DNA of 56,772 bases from an uncultured Bacteroidia bacterium (GCA_963924815.1 CAWURO010000019.1:1-56772); one strand, 5' to 3'; positions 29,562 through 39,737 are shown, counted from the first letter of the stretch. Translations and numbers: made by a program. The notes: generated from the letters alone by a model not told the origin.

Positions 29562-30644
29562 TTATTCAAAAACCAAGTCTACATCATCACTTAAAGGATG
29601 AGCCTGACAGGTAAGGATATATCCATCGTCTATTTCGGAGTCGCTTAAACCTTCGCGCTCGTCCATAGATGCTCTACCGCTTTTTAGTTTGGCTCTACAC
29701 GTAGTGCATACTCCTACCGTGCAACTGTATGGTGGATCCATTCCTGCTTTTTGAGTAGCAATAAGTATAGTATCGTTAGGCTTTACGGTTATCTCTTTTT
29801 GTTGACCAAACACCTCTACGATAATGGTTCGCTCTATAACCTCATCGCTGTAATTTGAATCACCTTTATTTTCTGATGGCAGCGTTTCTTCTTTAATTTT
29901 TGCCGTAAAATATTCGGTGTTTATGTTTTCCTCTTGTATGCCAATTGTCTTAAGCCCTTGAACTACCACGTCCATCATAACACCTGGACCACACGTATAG
30001 TAATAAGCTGTTAGATAACTCAAGCCTAATTCCTGTCGAACTATCTCAGACACCTTTTCTTTAGTCAAAAAGCCTCTGTGGCCCACCCATTGCCCCCTTG
30101 GATTGTCATGGCTATAAATAACCTTAAAGTTGATGTGGGCTGCTGCTAGGGCATCAATTTGCTCCTTAAAGATAACGCTCTCTTCATTACGATTTGCATA
30201 TACCAAATAGCAATGGCTATTAGGTTCTTCTTTTAACGCTGTTTTTATAATGCTTAGCAGGGGTGTAATACCGCTACCGCCTCCAAACATAAAATAATGA
30301 TTAGATGAAGAAGGTTTAGGGTTAAGGATAAACTTGCCCATTGGCGGCATTATATCTAAAACATCGCCTACTTTCAATGAAGTATTAAGATAATTGCTCA
30401 TTTTTCCGCCTTCTACTTGCTTAACTGCAATAGTTATTTTTTCACCTGTTACAGGACTTGAGCACATGCTATATGATCTACGAACTTCATCACCATTAAT
30501 CATTAAACTAAGGGTAAGATATTGACCAGCTGCATAGCTAAACTCATGCGCCATAAGTGATGGCACATCGAAAGTAATACTTACTGCATCTTTTGTTTCT
30601 CTATTTATATTAGAAACCGGTATTGTATAAAATCCTGCGGGCAT
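29562..30644 (-). CDS. Ferredoxin--NAD(P) reductase with C-terminal 2Fe-2S domain (PaaE-like)
   Basis: Motifs GQYLT, RRSYS, GGSGITP, CGP and CTVGVCTTC...LTCQ. Confidence 0.9.
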   Translation of the reverse strand: MPAGFYTIPVSNINRETKDAVSITFDVPSLMAHEFSYAAGQYLTLSLMINGDEVRRSYSMCSSPVTGEKITIAVKQVEGGKMSNYLNTSLKVGDVLDIMPPMGKFILNPKPSSSNHYFMFGGGSGITPLLSIIKTALKEEPNSHCYLVYANRNEESVIFKEQIDALAAAHINFKVIYSHDNPRGQWVGHRGFLTKEKVSEIVRQELGLSYLTAYYYTCGPGVMMDVVVQGLKTIGIQEENINTEYFTAKIKEETLPSENKGDSNYSDEVIERTIIVEVFGQQKEITVKPNDTILIATQKAGMDPPYSCTVGVCTTCRAKLKSGRASMDEREGLSDSEIDDGYILTCQAHPLSDDVDLVFE

Positions 30645-30647
30645 TTT

Positions 30648-31628
30648 TTATTTTAATAGTTTTATAAGTATTTCAACAGCGTTGGTTGCTGCACCCTTCC
30701 TCAAATTGTCTGCTACAACCCACATATTAAGTGTGTTGGGCTGTGATTCATCTACTCTCAACCTACCCACCAGCACTTCGTCCTTATGGTGCGCGTGCAA
30801 AGGCATGGGATATTTATTTTGAGATACGTCATCTACCAGCAAAACTCCTTCTGCACTGTTTAGTAAATCCCTAATATCTTGTATTTCAAAAGGAGAATCA
30901 AACTGAACGTTTATCGACTCTGAATGGCCTCCCGTAACTGGAACCCTAACTGCCGTGGCAGTAATGGCTATATTCGGGTCTCTTAATATTTTTCTGGTTT
31001 CATGAACCAATTTCATTTCCTCTTTGGTGTACCCGTTGTCCAAAAATACATCACAATGGGGTATACAGTTTCTATCTATAGGATAGGCATATACCATGTT
31101 TTGAGAAGTCCCATTGATTCTCTCTTCCTCCATTTGTTCGACAGCAGCCTTACCTGTACCCGAAACAGACTGATAAGTGGAAATAACCAAACGCTTGATT
31201 CCATATTTTTTATGTAATGGGTTTAAGGCCATTACCATTTGTATAGTAGAACAGTTTGGATTAGCAATTATTTTATGATTTTCTAGTATGGCATCTTGAT
31301 TGATTTGAGGAACAACCAAAGGGCAATTCTCGTTCATTCGCCATGCCGAAGAATTGTCAATTACGGTTACTCCTTTAGCTGCAAACTTGGGAGCCCATTC
31401 GGTTGAAATACCGCCACCCGCAGAGAATAAAGCAAAATCTATTTCTTTTTCCAATGCGTCTTCTAGCAAACATATGGGATATGACTTGCCTCTGTATTCT
31501 ACGAAACCTCCCAAGCTAGACTTGCTTGCTATAGGATATAAATTTTCAACTTCAATGCCTCGTTCTTCTAAAACTTGCAGCATGGTGCGGCCCACCATAC
31601 CCGTTGCTCCAGCTATAGCTAAATTCAT
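30648..31628 (-). CDS. asd: Aspartate-semialdehyde dehydrogenase
   Basis: Motifs GATGMVG, DNSSAWRM, ANPNCSTIQ, YQSVSGTG and DNLRKGAATNA. Confidence 0.97.
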   Translation of the reverse strand: MNLAIAGATGMVGRTMLQVLEERGIEVENLYPIASKSSLGGFVEYRGKSYPICLLEDALEKEIDFALFSAGGGISTEWAPKFAAKGVTVIDNSSAWRMNENCPLVVPQINQDAILENHKIIANPNCSTIQMVMALNPLHKKYGIKRLVISTYQSVSGTGKAAVEQMEEERINGTSQNMVYAYPIDRNCIPHCDVFLDNGYTKEEMKLVHETRKILRDPNIAITATAVRVPVTGGHSESINVQFDSPFEIQDIRDLLNSAEGVLLVDDVSQNKYPMPLHAHHKDEVLVGRLRVDESQPNTLNMWVVADNLRKGAATNAVEILIKLLK

Positions 31629-32473
31629 ACTGTTTCTTTTACTAAAGATTTAAGGTTAAACGTTCTTCCAGATGCCTGAGCTTGACGCTTTAAGGATGTT
31701 ATTAATTCCGCCATACTATCTAGATATAACGATTGAAATCCATCAGACAAAGCCTCTTCTGGGTCGTTATGAACTTCTAGCATTACACCATCGGCTCCCG
31801 CGGCGATGGCCGCCAATGACATTGGAATTACTAGGCTTCTTTTCCCTGTACCTTGACTAGGGTCGGCAATCACGGGTAGGTGACTTAATTCTTTTACTAG
31901 TGGTATTGCCGCAAGATCCATGGTGTTTCGTACTGAAGTGTCAAATGTTCGAATACCCCGTTCGCATAATATTACATTTTCATTGCCTCCAAGCATAATA
32001 TATTCTGCAGCCAGAAGCCATTCATTTATAGTACTAGACATTCCTCTTTTAAGTAGAATTGGTTTGTCTATTTTTCCGAGCTCCTTTAAAAAAGTATAGT
32101 TTTTTGCGTTTCTAGAGCCTACTTGTAAGATGTCAGCATAATCATACACTTCCTCTATTAGAGAGGTGTCCATGACTTCTGTTACGATCTTCAAATTATA
32201 TAGCTCAGATGCTTTCTTTAAAAGTTGTAAGCCTTGTTTTCCCAGACCTTGAAAAGCGTAGGGAGATGTACGGGGCTTATACGCACCGCCTCTCATATAT
32301 TTAATCCCAAGATCAGAAACTCCTTTTGCTATCGCAAAAAGTTGTTCTTCTGACTCCACCGCACATGGTCCCGCTATAAGACACAATTCTGTACCGCCTA
32401 TGGTCTCTTGACCAATGCTAATTTCACTTTTATGGCCTTCGTATTGTTTTGAGACAAGCTTTAGATCTGACAT
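31625..32473 (-). CDS. aroF: DAHP synthase type I-beta, catalytic barrel only
   Basis: Motifs IAGPCAVES, RGGAYKPRTSPY, LKRG, CERGIRTF, DPS and EVH...ALSDG. KPR rather than KANR points to DAHPS, not KDO8PS. Confidence 0.88.
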   Translation of the reverse strand: MSDLKLVSKQYEGHKSEISIGQETIGGTELCLIAGPCAVESEEQLFAIAKGVSDLGIKYMRGGAYKPRTSPYAFQGLGKQGLQLLKKASELYNLKIVTEVMDTSLIEEVYDYADILQVGSRNAKNYTFLKELGKIDKPILLKRGMSSTINEWLLAAEYIMLGGNENVILCERGIRTFDTSVRNTMDLAAIPLVKELSHLPVIADPSQGTGKRSLVIPMSLAAIAAGADGVMLEVHNDPEEALSDGFQSLYLDSMAELITSLKRQAQASGRTFNLKSLVKETV

Positions 32474-32497
32474 TACTGCAAATTAAACAGATAGATA

Positions 32498-33835
32498 TTA
32501 ATCTAGTTTGGTATATGTTACGGAAACTTTTATATCTCCTGCGTTTTTATCCGTTTTGAAAACCCCTCTATATGGAGTTACTGGATAATCAGAAGGAATA
32601 CTTAGGTAAAATCCATTAAAATTAGACTTTCCTGTTTTGGTGTATTCTTTTACTAATTGCTGCAAATAGCGATTAAAGTGAAACTCGTATCCTTTGATAT
32701 CTGAATCATAAATGCCGCCATAATTAGAGGTGGTTAATAAATCAATAATTGGCATTGAATATTTTGAGTTTACAGTATCTGGAACAACTAAAAACATTCT
32801 TGATGGCGCTTTATACGCATCTGTGATGGAGAGTTGGTCTAACAAAAATGTAATTTTCGCTTCATTAATTACCACATTCCCACCCATTTTAATTATGGAA
32901 TCTAAGCCGGCTACATCTACTTTAATTTTTGCACCCCCAAATGATTGTGCATAGGTGGTTGTAAAGGTATTAACGCTATTAAATTGATTGGTAAGATTGG
33001 CAGTTGGGTCCGTTTCATAATAGTTGATGTGTCTTGAGCTAGAACCCATAGGAATAGTCTTGGTTAAAGAGTCATTATAAAAAAGTTGAAGTTTAGAGCT
33101 ATTTATACCCGCCTCTACGCAGACAATTGCTCCCTCGCCCGACAGTGGGTTATTTCTAGGTACAATTACCAAACCTTTTAATGCTTCTAGAAATTTAGCT
33201 TCATCTTTGTATATATCACTATTCCAATCGAGCATTTCTTGCCCAAAACTATTGTTTAACATAATTTCTAGGCTAGTAGAATCTGAAAAATTAAAAGATC
33301 CGGTAAAGGTTCCCACAAGATCACCCAGCTCTGGCCTAAAGGTGCTATAATACTTTACAGTATCTACTAAATCTTTATTTAATTTGTATACATCCATAAC
33401 TATTTCGCTATTTATGTCCCCGTACTTCAATATATTTTTAATTCCTGAAACGGTTTGCTCGTAATCGTATTTTAAAATAAGTTTTATAGAATCAATACTT
33501 TTAGAAGTCTCGTCTGTGCCAAATTGTGTGAGTCTTGGTTGCACAATAAGACAGGATTTACTCATACCAAAAATCGGGTCATTTATTACCCCTAAAGAAT
33601 TTGAAGTTAGGTTGTCTGTTCTAGAAGAGTCGTCTCGCACTGATCGAGCAGATATGTCCGAAAGGACTACTTCTACACTATTAAGATTACCGTCTCCTAG
33701 AATGTCTACTCCAATATCGGTGGTTTCTTTTTTACAACCCCAAAAAACGAGCAAAAAGAAAAGGGGCAATAACCCCTTACTCTTGATATTTAATTTTGTG
33801 TTAATCACGATTTTTTTATTGTTCTGTTTCTGCAA
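32498..33835 (-). CDS. DUF4270-family lipoprotein
   Basis: Lipobox FWGC, LGVINDPIFG, INEAKITF and C-terminal VTYTK; follows the glgA-like gene as in other Bacteroidota. Start uncertain. Confidence 0.75.
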   Translation of the reverse strand: MQKQNNKKIVINTKLNIKSKGLLPLFFLLVFWGCKKETTDIGVDILGDGNLNSVEVVLSDISARSVRDDSSRTDNLTSNSLGVINDPIFGMSKSCLIVQPRLTQFGTDETSKSIDSIKLILKYDYEQTVSGIKNILKYGDINSEIVMDVYKLNKDLVDTVKYYSTFRPELGDLVGTFTGSFNFSDSTSLEIMLNNSFGQEMLDWNSDIYKDEAKFLEALKGLVIVPRNNPLSGEGAIVCVEAGINSSKLQLFYNDSLTKTIPMGSSSRHINYYETDPTANLTNQFNSVNTFTTTYAQSFGGAKIKVDVAGLDSIIKMGGNVVINEAKITFLLDQLSITDAYKAPSRMFLVVPDTVNSKYSMPIIDLLTTSNYGGIYDSDIKGYEFHFNRYLQQLVKEYTKTGKSNFNGFYLSIPSDYPVTPYRGVFKTDKNAGDIKVSVTYTKLD

Positions 33836-34643
33836 ATAAGGAATTATAAAAGTTCAGATAATTGTCTGCTATTCCTTCATTAGAGTGATTGAGTATTGGT
33901 TTTTCAAAAGAAGATAACCGGTTTTCTAACTCTTCGTTTATGTCGTGGCAACGTACTACCGCATCTGCGTGCATTATACCACCCATGTGCATACTCGTGC
34001 AGTCGCCATTGGCAAATGGCACAAGCTCTTCGTCATCTATATAATTAAGACCCGCTTTTCTTGTAAAATCTTCGCCTAGATCTTCATTAAAGTCATTTTG
34101 ATAAACCGAGTAAATTACTTTTGAATTTGAAAAAACAGGCTCGTCTTTATAGATTGTTTTTAGGTATAAAGGGATAAGGCTAGTCATCCAGCCTTGGCAA
34201 TGTATAATATCAGGATACCATCCTAATTTTTTAACTGTTTCTAAAGCTCCTTTGCAAAAGAAAATAGTACGTTCATCATTATCCGCAAAGAAGTCTTCGT
34301 TTTCATCGTTGTAAATAAACTTTCTATGAAAGAAATCTTCATTATCTAAAAAGTAAACTTGCATTTTAGTGTTCGGAATAGATGCCACTTTAATGGTAAG
34401 AGGGTTGTCGTTGTCGTCTATGGTAATATTCATACCAGAGAGGCGAACTACCTCGTGCAGCCTATTTCGTCTTTCATTAATTACACCAAAGCGAGGAACT
34501 AATATCCTTACTTCGTTGTCTTTTTCCTGAATTTTTTGAGGAAGATATCTAGCAATTTCGGCTAGTGGCGTGTCTCCATCCAAAAATGGTCTCATTTCTG
34601 AAGAGATAAATAGAATTTTTTTTCTTTCCTGTGTATTGTCCAT
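33816..34643 (-). CDS. Glycogen/starch synthase N-terminal-domain protein (Bacteroidota short form)
   Basis: KILFISSE, VRILVPRFG.INERR, QVYFLDNEDFF and PDIIHCQGW; only about 275 aa. Start moved to MDNTQ at 34643. Confidence 0.85.
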   Translation of the reverse strand: MDNTQERKKILFISSEMRPFLDGDTPLAEIARYLPQKIQEKDNEVRILVPRFGVINERRNRLHEVVRLSGMNITIDDNDNPLTIKVASIPNTKMQVYFLDNEDFFHRKFIYNDENEDFFADNDERTIFFCKGALETVKKLGWYPDIIHCQGWMTSLIPLYLKTIYKDEPVFSNSKVIYSVYQNDFNEDLGEDFTRKAGLNYIDDEELVPFANGDCTSMHMGGIMHADAVVRCHDINEELENRLSSFEKPILNHSNEGIADNYLNFYNSLFAETEQ

Positions 34644-34741
34644 AGAACGCGTTATTGTTATACAATTGCAAAGATACTGCCATTTAGAGCTATAAAAATA
34701 ACGCAGCACTATTGTATTTTAACTATTTTTAACGTATATAT

Positions 34742-35593
34742 ATGCATATTATCAAATCAAAACACGACTTAGTTGCCTCCCTTTTGTCCTTACGAAGGAA
34801 GGATGAAAAGGTTACTATTGGTTTTATACCCACTATGGGCGCTCTTCATTCTGGCCATGCGTCTCTCATTGACGAAAGTGTGAGCGAAAACACCATAACC
34901 GTATGCAGCATTTTCGTAAACCCCACCCAATTTGGGGATAAATCGGACTTAGATAAGTATCCAAAGCCAATTGAAAAGGATATTGAAATTCTTATTAAAC
35001 ACAAATGCGATATCCTTTTTTTACCTGAATTTGAGGACGTTTATTCGGCCAACTGCATCCAGCAGAAATTTGAGCTCGGCGAATTGGAGTTCACAATAGA
35101 GGGGGCTAGTAGGCCTGGTCATTTTCAAGGGGTTTGCAATGTCGTACACCGGTTATTTGAAATAATAAAACCTGATTGGGCCTATTTTGGACAAAAAGAT
35201 TATCAGCAAACTGCCATAATTAAATCACTTATCAAATTAACCCGTTCTGATGTAATACTGAAAATAGTGCCTACAAAACGAGAACCTAATGGATTAGCAA
35301 TGAGCTCCAGGAACATACGCCTTTCTGAAACGGGAAGAAAGAATGCTGCTTTTATTTATAAGGCGCTTAGGGATATTCGATCCGACATAGAAACTAGATC
35401 TCTAACTGAACTAGTAGAACGTGCGAAGCAATTTATTAGCTCACAAAAGGGTGCGGATTTAGACTATTTACGTGTAGTAGATGCAGAAACATTACACGAA
35501 GTCACATCCTTAAAGCAGTCGGCAGACGTTGTAGTACTCGTAGCGGTAACGTATGAGGGAGTTAGACTAATTGACAACATTTTTTTAACCTGA
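34742..35593 (+). CDS. panC: Pantoate--beta-alanine ligase
   Basis: Motifs PTMGALHSGH, SIFVNPTQF, RPGHFQGV, FGQKDYQQ, GLAMSSRN and RLIDN. Confidence 0.97.
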   Translation: MHIIKSKHDLVASLLSLRRKDEKVTIGFIPTMGALHSGHASLIDESVSENTITVCSIFVNPTQFGDKSDLDKYPKPIEKDIEILIKHKCDILFLPEFEDVYSANCIQQKFELGELEFTIEGASRPGHFQGVCNVVHRLFEIIKPDWAYFGQKDYQQTAIIKSLIKLTRSDVILKIVPTKREPNGLAMSSRNIRLSETGRKNAAFIYKALRDIRSDIETRSLTELVERAKQFISSQKGADLDYLRVVDAETLHEVTSLKQSADVVVLVAVTYEGVRLIDNIFLT

Positions 35594-35639
35594 TTGCTTG
35601 CTAAGAAAAATAATTCCCTTATCTTTGCACCCCAATTAA

Positions 35640-35711
<72 letters not shown>

Positions 35712-35722
35712 CTAACCAACAT

Positions 35723-35753
35723 AAGAGTCTCACTGAAAAGTGGGACTTTTTTT
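35723..35753 (+). terminator. Intrinsic terminator after tRNA-fMet
   Basis: AAGAGTCTCACT-GAAA-AGTGGGACTTTT plus T-run. Confidence 0.8.
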
Positions 35754-35875
35754 ATGGTATCTTGACACGTTACACTTCACTTCTTTCAAGGCTGACGTCT
35801 GTTTTTCTTGTAATAAATCTACTAAAACTATCAGTAAGTTCAAAAAAATACAGGTTTTTTTAACTATTCATAACC

Positions 35876-35912
35876 AAAAAAAACGGGGTAAAGCAAAGCT
35901 TTACCCCGTTTT
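35876..35912 (-). terminator. Intrinsic terminator of the T9SS cargo gene
   Basis: AAAACGGGGTAAAGC-AAA-GCTTTACCCCGTTTT perfect stem, with an A-run on the left. Confidence 0.85.
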
Positions 35913-35928
35913 AGAAATTAAAATCTTA

Positions 35929-38361
35929 TTATTTGTTTACTATGAATTTAGCAACACCTTCTTTTTCTGCGTTATGCAGTTTTAGAATGTAGCTTCCTTC
36001 TACAAGAGCAGAAAGGCTAAGGTTGTTGTTATATAGCGTTCCTTCAGCAACTTTAGATCCTAATAGGTTATAGACCTCATAGTTTTTCCAGTTCTCTGAA
36101 CCAACAACCGTTAAATTGTTGCTTGCTGGGTTTGGATAAACTCTAGCTACAATACTTAGATCATTGATAGAAGAACGATCAACCCACTCTGTAATGTCTG
36201 CTAAACCTCTTGGGAAGATTTGGTATCCTTCATTGTAAGGAGCAGAAGCATCAAACTGACCACCAAGACCAACAATAGTCATTGTATCAAAAGAAACTGG
36301 CTGTCCAACTACGCCTGGGATGTCTTTGTCAATTCTGATTTGGAAGGTGTCTTTAGCTTCGTTAGTTAACCAAACGTTTCCATTATTTGGCCATACAGTT
36401 GTAGTGTCATTTGTAATCCAAACTTTTTCTAATCTGATAAAGTTAGACTCAGTTGCTTCAGATGGAGCAGCAACGTCCATTGGATCTTTCAATGTATTAC
36501 CCGCCGAGTTTACTCTAATGCTGTCTGGGAAAAGCTCTAATAATCCATTATAGAAATCAATTTTACCTCTTACGGTAATCGCGTCACCTTCAGTAACTAC
36601 ATAGTCATTAACGTCTGCAAAATTATAGATATTGATGCCCGCAGTTGCATCGATTAAAGTGAATGATAGTCCAGCGTTTCCGTCTAAGTCCACACCATAC
36701 ACAATACCGGTAATCTCATAAAGCTCATCTTCATTTGTAGCTGCAAGATCAGCATCAAGCATAATAACATCTACAATGTCAGAAACGGTATACGTTGGGT
36801 TTTTGCTGAAGTACACGTTGTCGATATAAAGAGTAGCGCCTCCAACCGGAACGGCAGAGAAGATTATTTGCGATACGTTAGATTTTGCAGTTAATCCTGT
36901 AAAATCAGAAAGCATAATTTTATGGTTGTTCCATGATTCCAGCGTTTGGTTGTCAAAAGCAATTTCGTGCTCTTTGTCATCGCCACCACCGTATGCGTTG
37001 TCCGCACCAAAATCAACTAATTTAACTCTATACGTAGTTGCTTGTGGAGTCCATGCATCAAAAGTGAAATACTCCATAGCGCTTGCGTCTATTGAATTAG
37101 CACCAACCGCTTCAATACCAACAAAATCTAAATTGCTGTACTGCTTTACGTCGTTTGTTCCAATTTGAATTTCTGCAAGATTTGCTGCAGACCATGATGT
37201 TCTCCAGGTGTCCATAGTTACGTCTGTATAAACATTGCTAAATAAAGAGATTACATCTTTAGCTGCTGCAGTAGGATCTGTCGCTGCAGTGGTAGGAGCC
37301 GGTTCGCTGGTTTGATAAAAATAAATATTATCTAAAAAGACAGTTCCACTGTTTCCCTGAGGATCTACAAATTTAAACTGGAATAGGTCTGCCATAGATA
37401 AATTTTGAGAAGTATAATCCGCAAGATCAATATCGATAGAAGTCCACTCGCCAGCGCTAAGTGCGCTTGTTACTTTTTGTTCTCCAGTAGTTCTGCTTAT
37501 AGGATAAATTTCAAGGTTAGATAGATCTGCAGTCCATACATCTAAGTGCAGGAACTGCATTGAAGAAGCGTCTACATCTGATCCAAACTCAACACCTTGG
37601 TAGTTTAAATTATTATACTTAATCATGCTATCTGATCCAATTTCAAAAACGCTATAGCCAGTGCTTTGTCCCCAGTTTGGATAAAAGTTTGTTCCTGAAA
37701 CATTGTTATACGTTTCACTGTAGATAGAGATAACTTTAGCAGCATCTACTGTTGGGTCTGTTGCTGCAGACGCAGGCTCTGTAGCTGGGCCACAAGTAGA
37801 GCTGTGCGCTCCTGCATAAGACCACTCGTCTTTTGCATACACATCCCACTCTGTAGCTCCTACAGTCCAATCTAATTGACCTTGATCTACACTAAACTTT
37901 CTAACTAAGGTATAGTCTAGTGTGCTGCCTGAACCTACGGCCCAATTAGTTCCTGGATCTACCCAACGAACACCTATTACGTCGATAGTATCCGTTCCGT
38001 TTAAAAGACAAACTCCATCGTCGCCATTAAAGTGAGAAACACTGGGGTACGATAATGCTGTGTCTGCAACTGCTAAAATACTAGCATTTGATTGATTTGT
38101 GCAAATCACAAAAACCTCGCCGATTTCAAGCGTACCGTATAATTGGAACGTTTTGTTGTTGCTGGCGTTTGAACCGCCATTGTTAATCATAAATACAGAA
38201 TAAGTACTTAAATCAACAGCCGCGCTTGTCGGGTTGTAAATCTCCAAATACTTGTTGTTTGAAGAACCTTCTGAATACTCACTGAAATATAACTCCGTGC
38301 ATTGCGCAGATGCCGCAACACTCAAAATTACCAGTGAAAATAAGATGTAAATTTTTTTCAT
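35929..38361 (-). CDS. T9SS type A cargo: lamin-tail domain, two repeated beta-sandwich modules, OB-fold-like region, CTD
   Basis: Signal peptide; FSEYSEGSSNNKYLEIYNPT (LTD); repeats AATDPT...VISIYS and AATDPT...VISLFS; GDAITVRG (OB-like); VYPNP...G.YIL...KFIVNK (CTD). Confidence 0.85.
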   Translation of the reverse strand: MKKIYILFSLVILSVAASAQCTELYFSEYSEGSSNNKYLEIYNPTSAAVDLSTYSVFMINNGGSNASNNKTFQLYGTLEIGEVFVICTNQSNASILAVADTALSYPSVSHFNGDDGVCLLNGTDTIDVIGVRWVDPGTNWAVGSGSTLDYTLVRKFSVDQGQLDWTVGATEWDVYAKDEWSYAGAHSSTCGPATEPASAATDPTVDAAKVISIYSETYNNVSGTNFYPNWGQSTGYSVFEIGSDSMIKYNNLNYQGVEFGSDVDASSMQFLHLDVWTADLSNLEIYPISRTTGEQKVTSALSAGEWTSIDIDLADYTSQNLSMADLFQFKFVDPQGNSGTVFLDNIYFYQTSEPAPTTAATDPTAAAKDVISLFSNVYTDVTMDTWRTSWSAANLAEIQIGTNDVKQYSNLDFVGIEAVGANSIDASAMEYFTFDAWTPQATTYRVKLVDFGADNAYGGGDDKEHEIAFDNQTLESWNNHKIMLSDFTGLTAKSNVSQIIFSAVPVGGATLYIDNVYFSKNPTYTVSDIVDVIMLDADLAATNEDELYEITGIVYGVDLDGNAGLSFTLIDATAGINIYNFADVNDYVVTEGDAITVRGKIDFYNGLLELFPDSIRVNSAGNTLKDPMDVAAPSEATESNFIRLEKVWITNDTTTVWPNNGNVWLTNEAKDTFQIRIDKDIPGVVGQPVSFDTMTIVGLGGQFDASAPYNEGYQIFPRGLADITEWVDRSSINDLSIVARVYPNPASNNLTVVGSENWKNYEVYNLLGSKVAEGTLYNNNLSLSALVEGSYILKLHNAEKEGVAKFIVNK

Positions 38362-38465
38362 TTTTTTGTTTTTTTGTTTAATACTATTGCGAAAATAATA
38401 ATCTTAAGTAAAGGTTCGGCAACCCGTTCTTTAAATATTGAAGAAATTATACTATAATTAACCAA

Positions 38466-39737
38466 ATGAAACGACTTTTTTTACTTTTAATCACAGCTCT
38501 TTTTGGCATCTATATTTACTCCTGTTTAACCGCAGCCACGCCATTTTCAGATCAAACAGAATATCTACAAACAGCAAGTAACCTGCTAAATAACAACTTA
38601 TTATATTCTGCGGAAACAGCAGAAGTTAATGACTATCGAAGATTTGCAAAAAGGCCTTTAGGGCTTCCTGTTTATATACTATTACAGCATCAAAACGTAC
38701 ACTTAATTCGGGTTTCACAGGCCATAATTATCTTATTGTTATTTTTTGTAGGCCTTCTCTTTTTGCGTCGATTTACGTCCAAACGAAGGAGTTTTGTTCT
38801 TTTTGGGCTTTTTTACAGTCTAAATTTGGCTTTTTTGATTCACAGTTCGTTTGTTTTTGCCGACCTTCTTCTCTCTGGAGTTATAACTGTCGCCGTTTTT
38901 CTGTTTTATGACACTCGAAACAGCCTCAAAAACAGGTTGATTTGGCTGAGTTTTCTTTGGGCTGTTGCGTTGGCCATAAAACCCGTGATTCTACCTTCTT
39001 TAGTGTTTATTCCATTTATTGTGATTTACTATATTCTAAAACATAAACTGTTTTATTGGCAATTACTATTGCCTCTTTTCATTTTCTTAATTACTTCTAG
39101 TCTTAATTACCGAAATACCGGATGCTTTGAGTATAGCTCTATGACCACCGTTAATTTGGTACAATACAATGCTAGACTAACTATTGCCGATGCTTTTGGT
39201 TACGATTCTGCTATTGCTTTTTCTAACAATAAAGCATTTAGCGTCCCTCGCTCCAAAGATGAGTATGGCGCGTATAAAGAGGAAGCAAATGAGGTTTGTA
39301 AAAACACCATCCAAAATAACTTATTCTCTTATTTTAAAATCCATACTCTTGGATCTATTAAGATGATAGTTGATCCGGGAAGGTTTGAAGTTTACAGCTT
39401 TTTTGGTTTACCCACAGAGAACGATAGTTTAACAGAGCAATTCTTGGGTGGTCGTTATCTTCAAGCAATAAATCACCTAAAGGATGGAGGGTGGATAGTT
39501 GTTTTATTTCTTGTTTTACTTGGGCTTAGCCTACTCAAGGTTGCTGGCTTTTTGTTTAGCATTACGACTATCCGAAAAACGTGGCCTTTATTTATTATTG
39601 TCGGTTATTTTATGGCAATTACTGGGCCTGTTGGTGCGGCACGATTATTCTTGCCTACGTCTGTTATATTTTTAATAATCAGTGTTTTGGGGTTAGAAAA
39701 AATCCTATATTTTTTCCAAAAACGTCCTAAACGATAA
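38466..39737 (+). CDS. Polytopic membrane protein, GT-C/ArnT-like
   Basis: About 10 hydrophobic segments; D..EY in the first loop, RPLG.P, IKP and AR...P near the end. Confidence 0.55.
   Translation: MKRLFLLLITALFGIYIYSCLTAATPFSDQTEYLQTASNLLNNNLLYSAETAEVNDYRRFAKRPLGLPVYILLQHQNVHLIRVSQAIIILLLFFVGLLFLRRFTSKRRSFVLFGLFYSLNLAFLIHSSFVFADLLLSGVITVAVFLFYDTRNSLKNRLIWLSFLWAVALAIKPVILPSLVFIPFIVIYYILKHKLFYWQLLLPLFIFLITSSLNYRNTGCFEYSSMTTVNLVQYNARLTIADAFGYDSAIAFSNNKAFSVPRSKDEYGAYKEEANEVCKNTIQNNLFSYFKIHTLGSIKMIVDPGRFEVYSFFGLPTENDSLTEQFLGGRYLQAINHLKDGGWIVVLFLVLLGLSLLKVAGFLFSITTIRKTWPLFIIVGYFMAITGPVGAARLFLPTSVIFLIISVLGLEKILYFFQKRPKR

Noticed and set aside
29562-30644. Phenylacetate catabolism locus
   Set aside because: Only the PaaE-like reductase is present, with no paaABCD nearby. 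Stand-alone copies are common in Bacteroidota.
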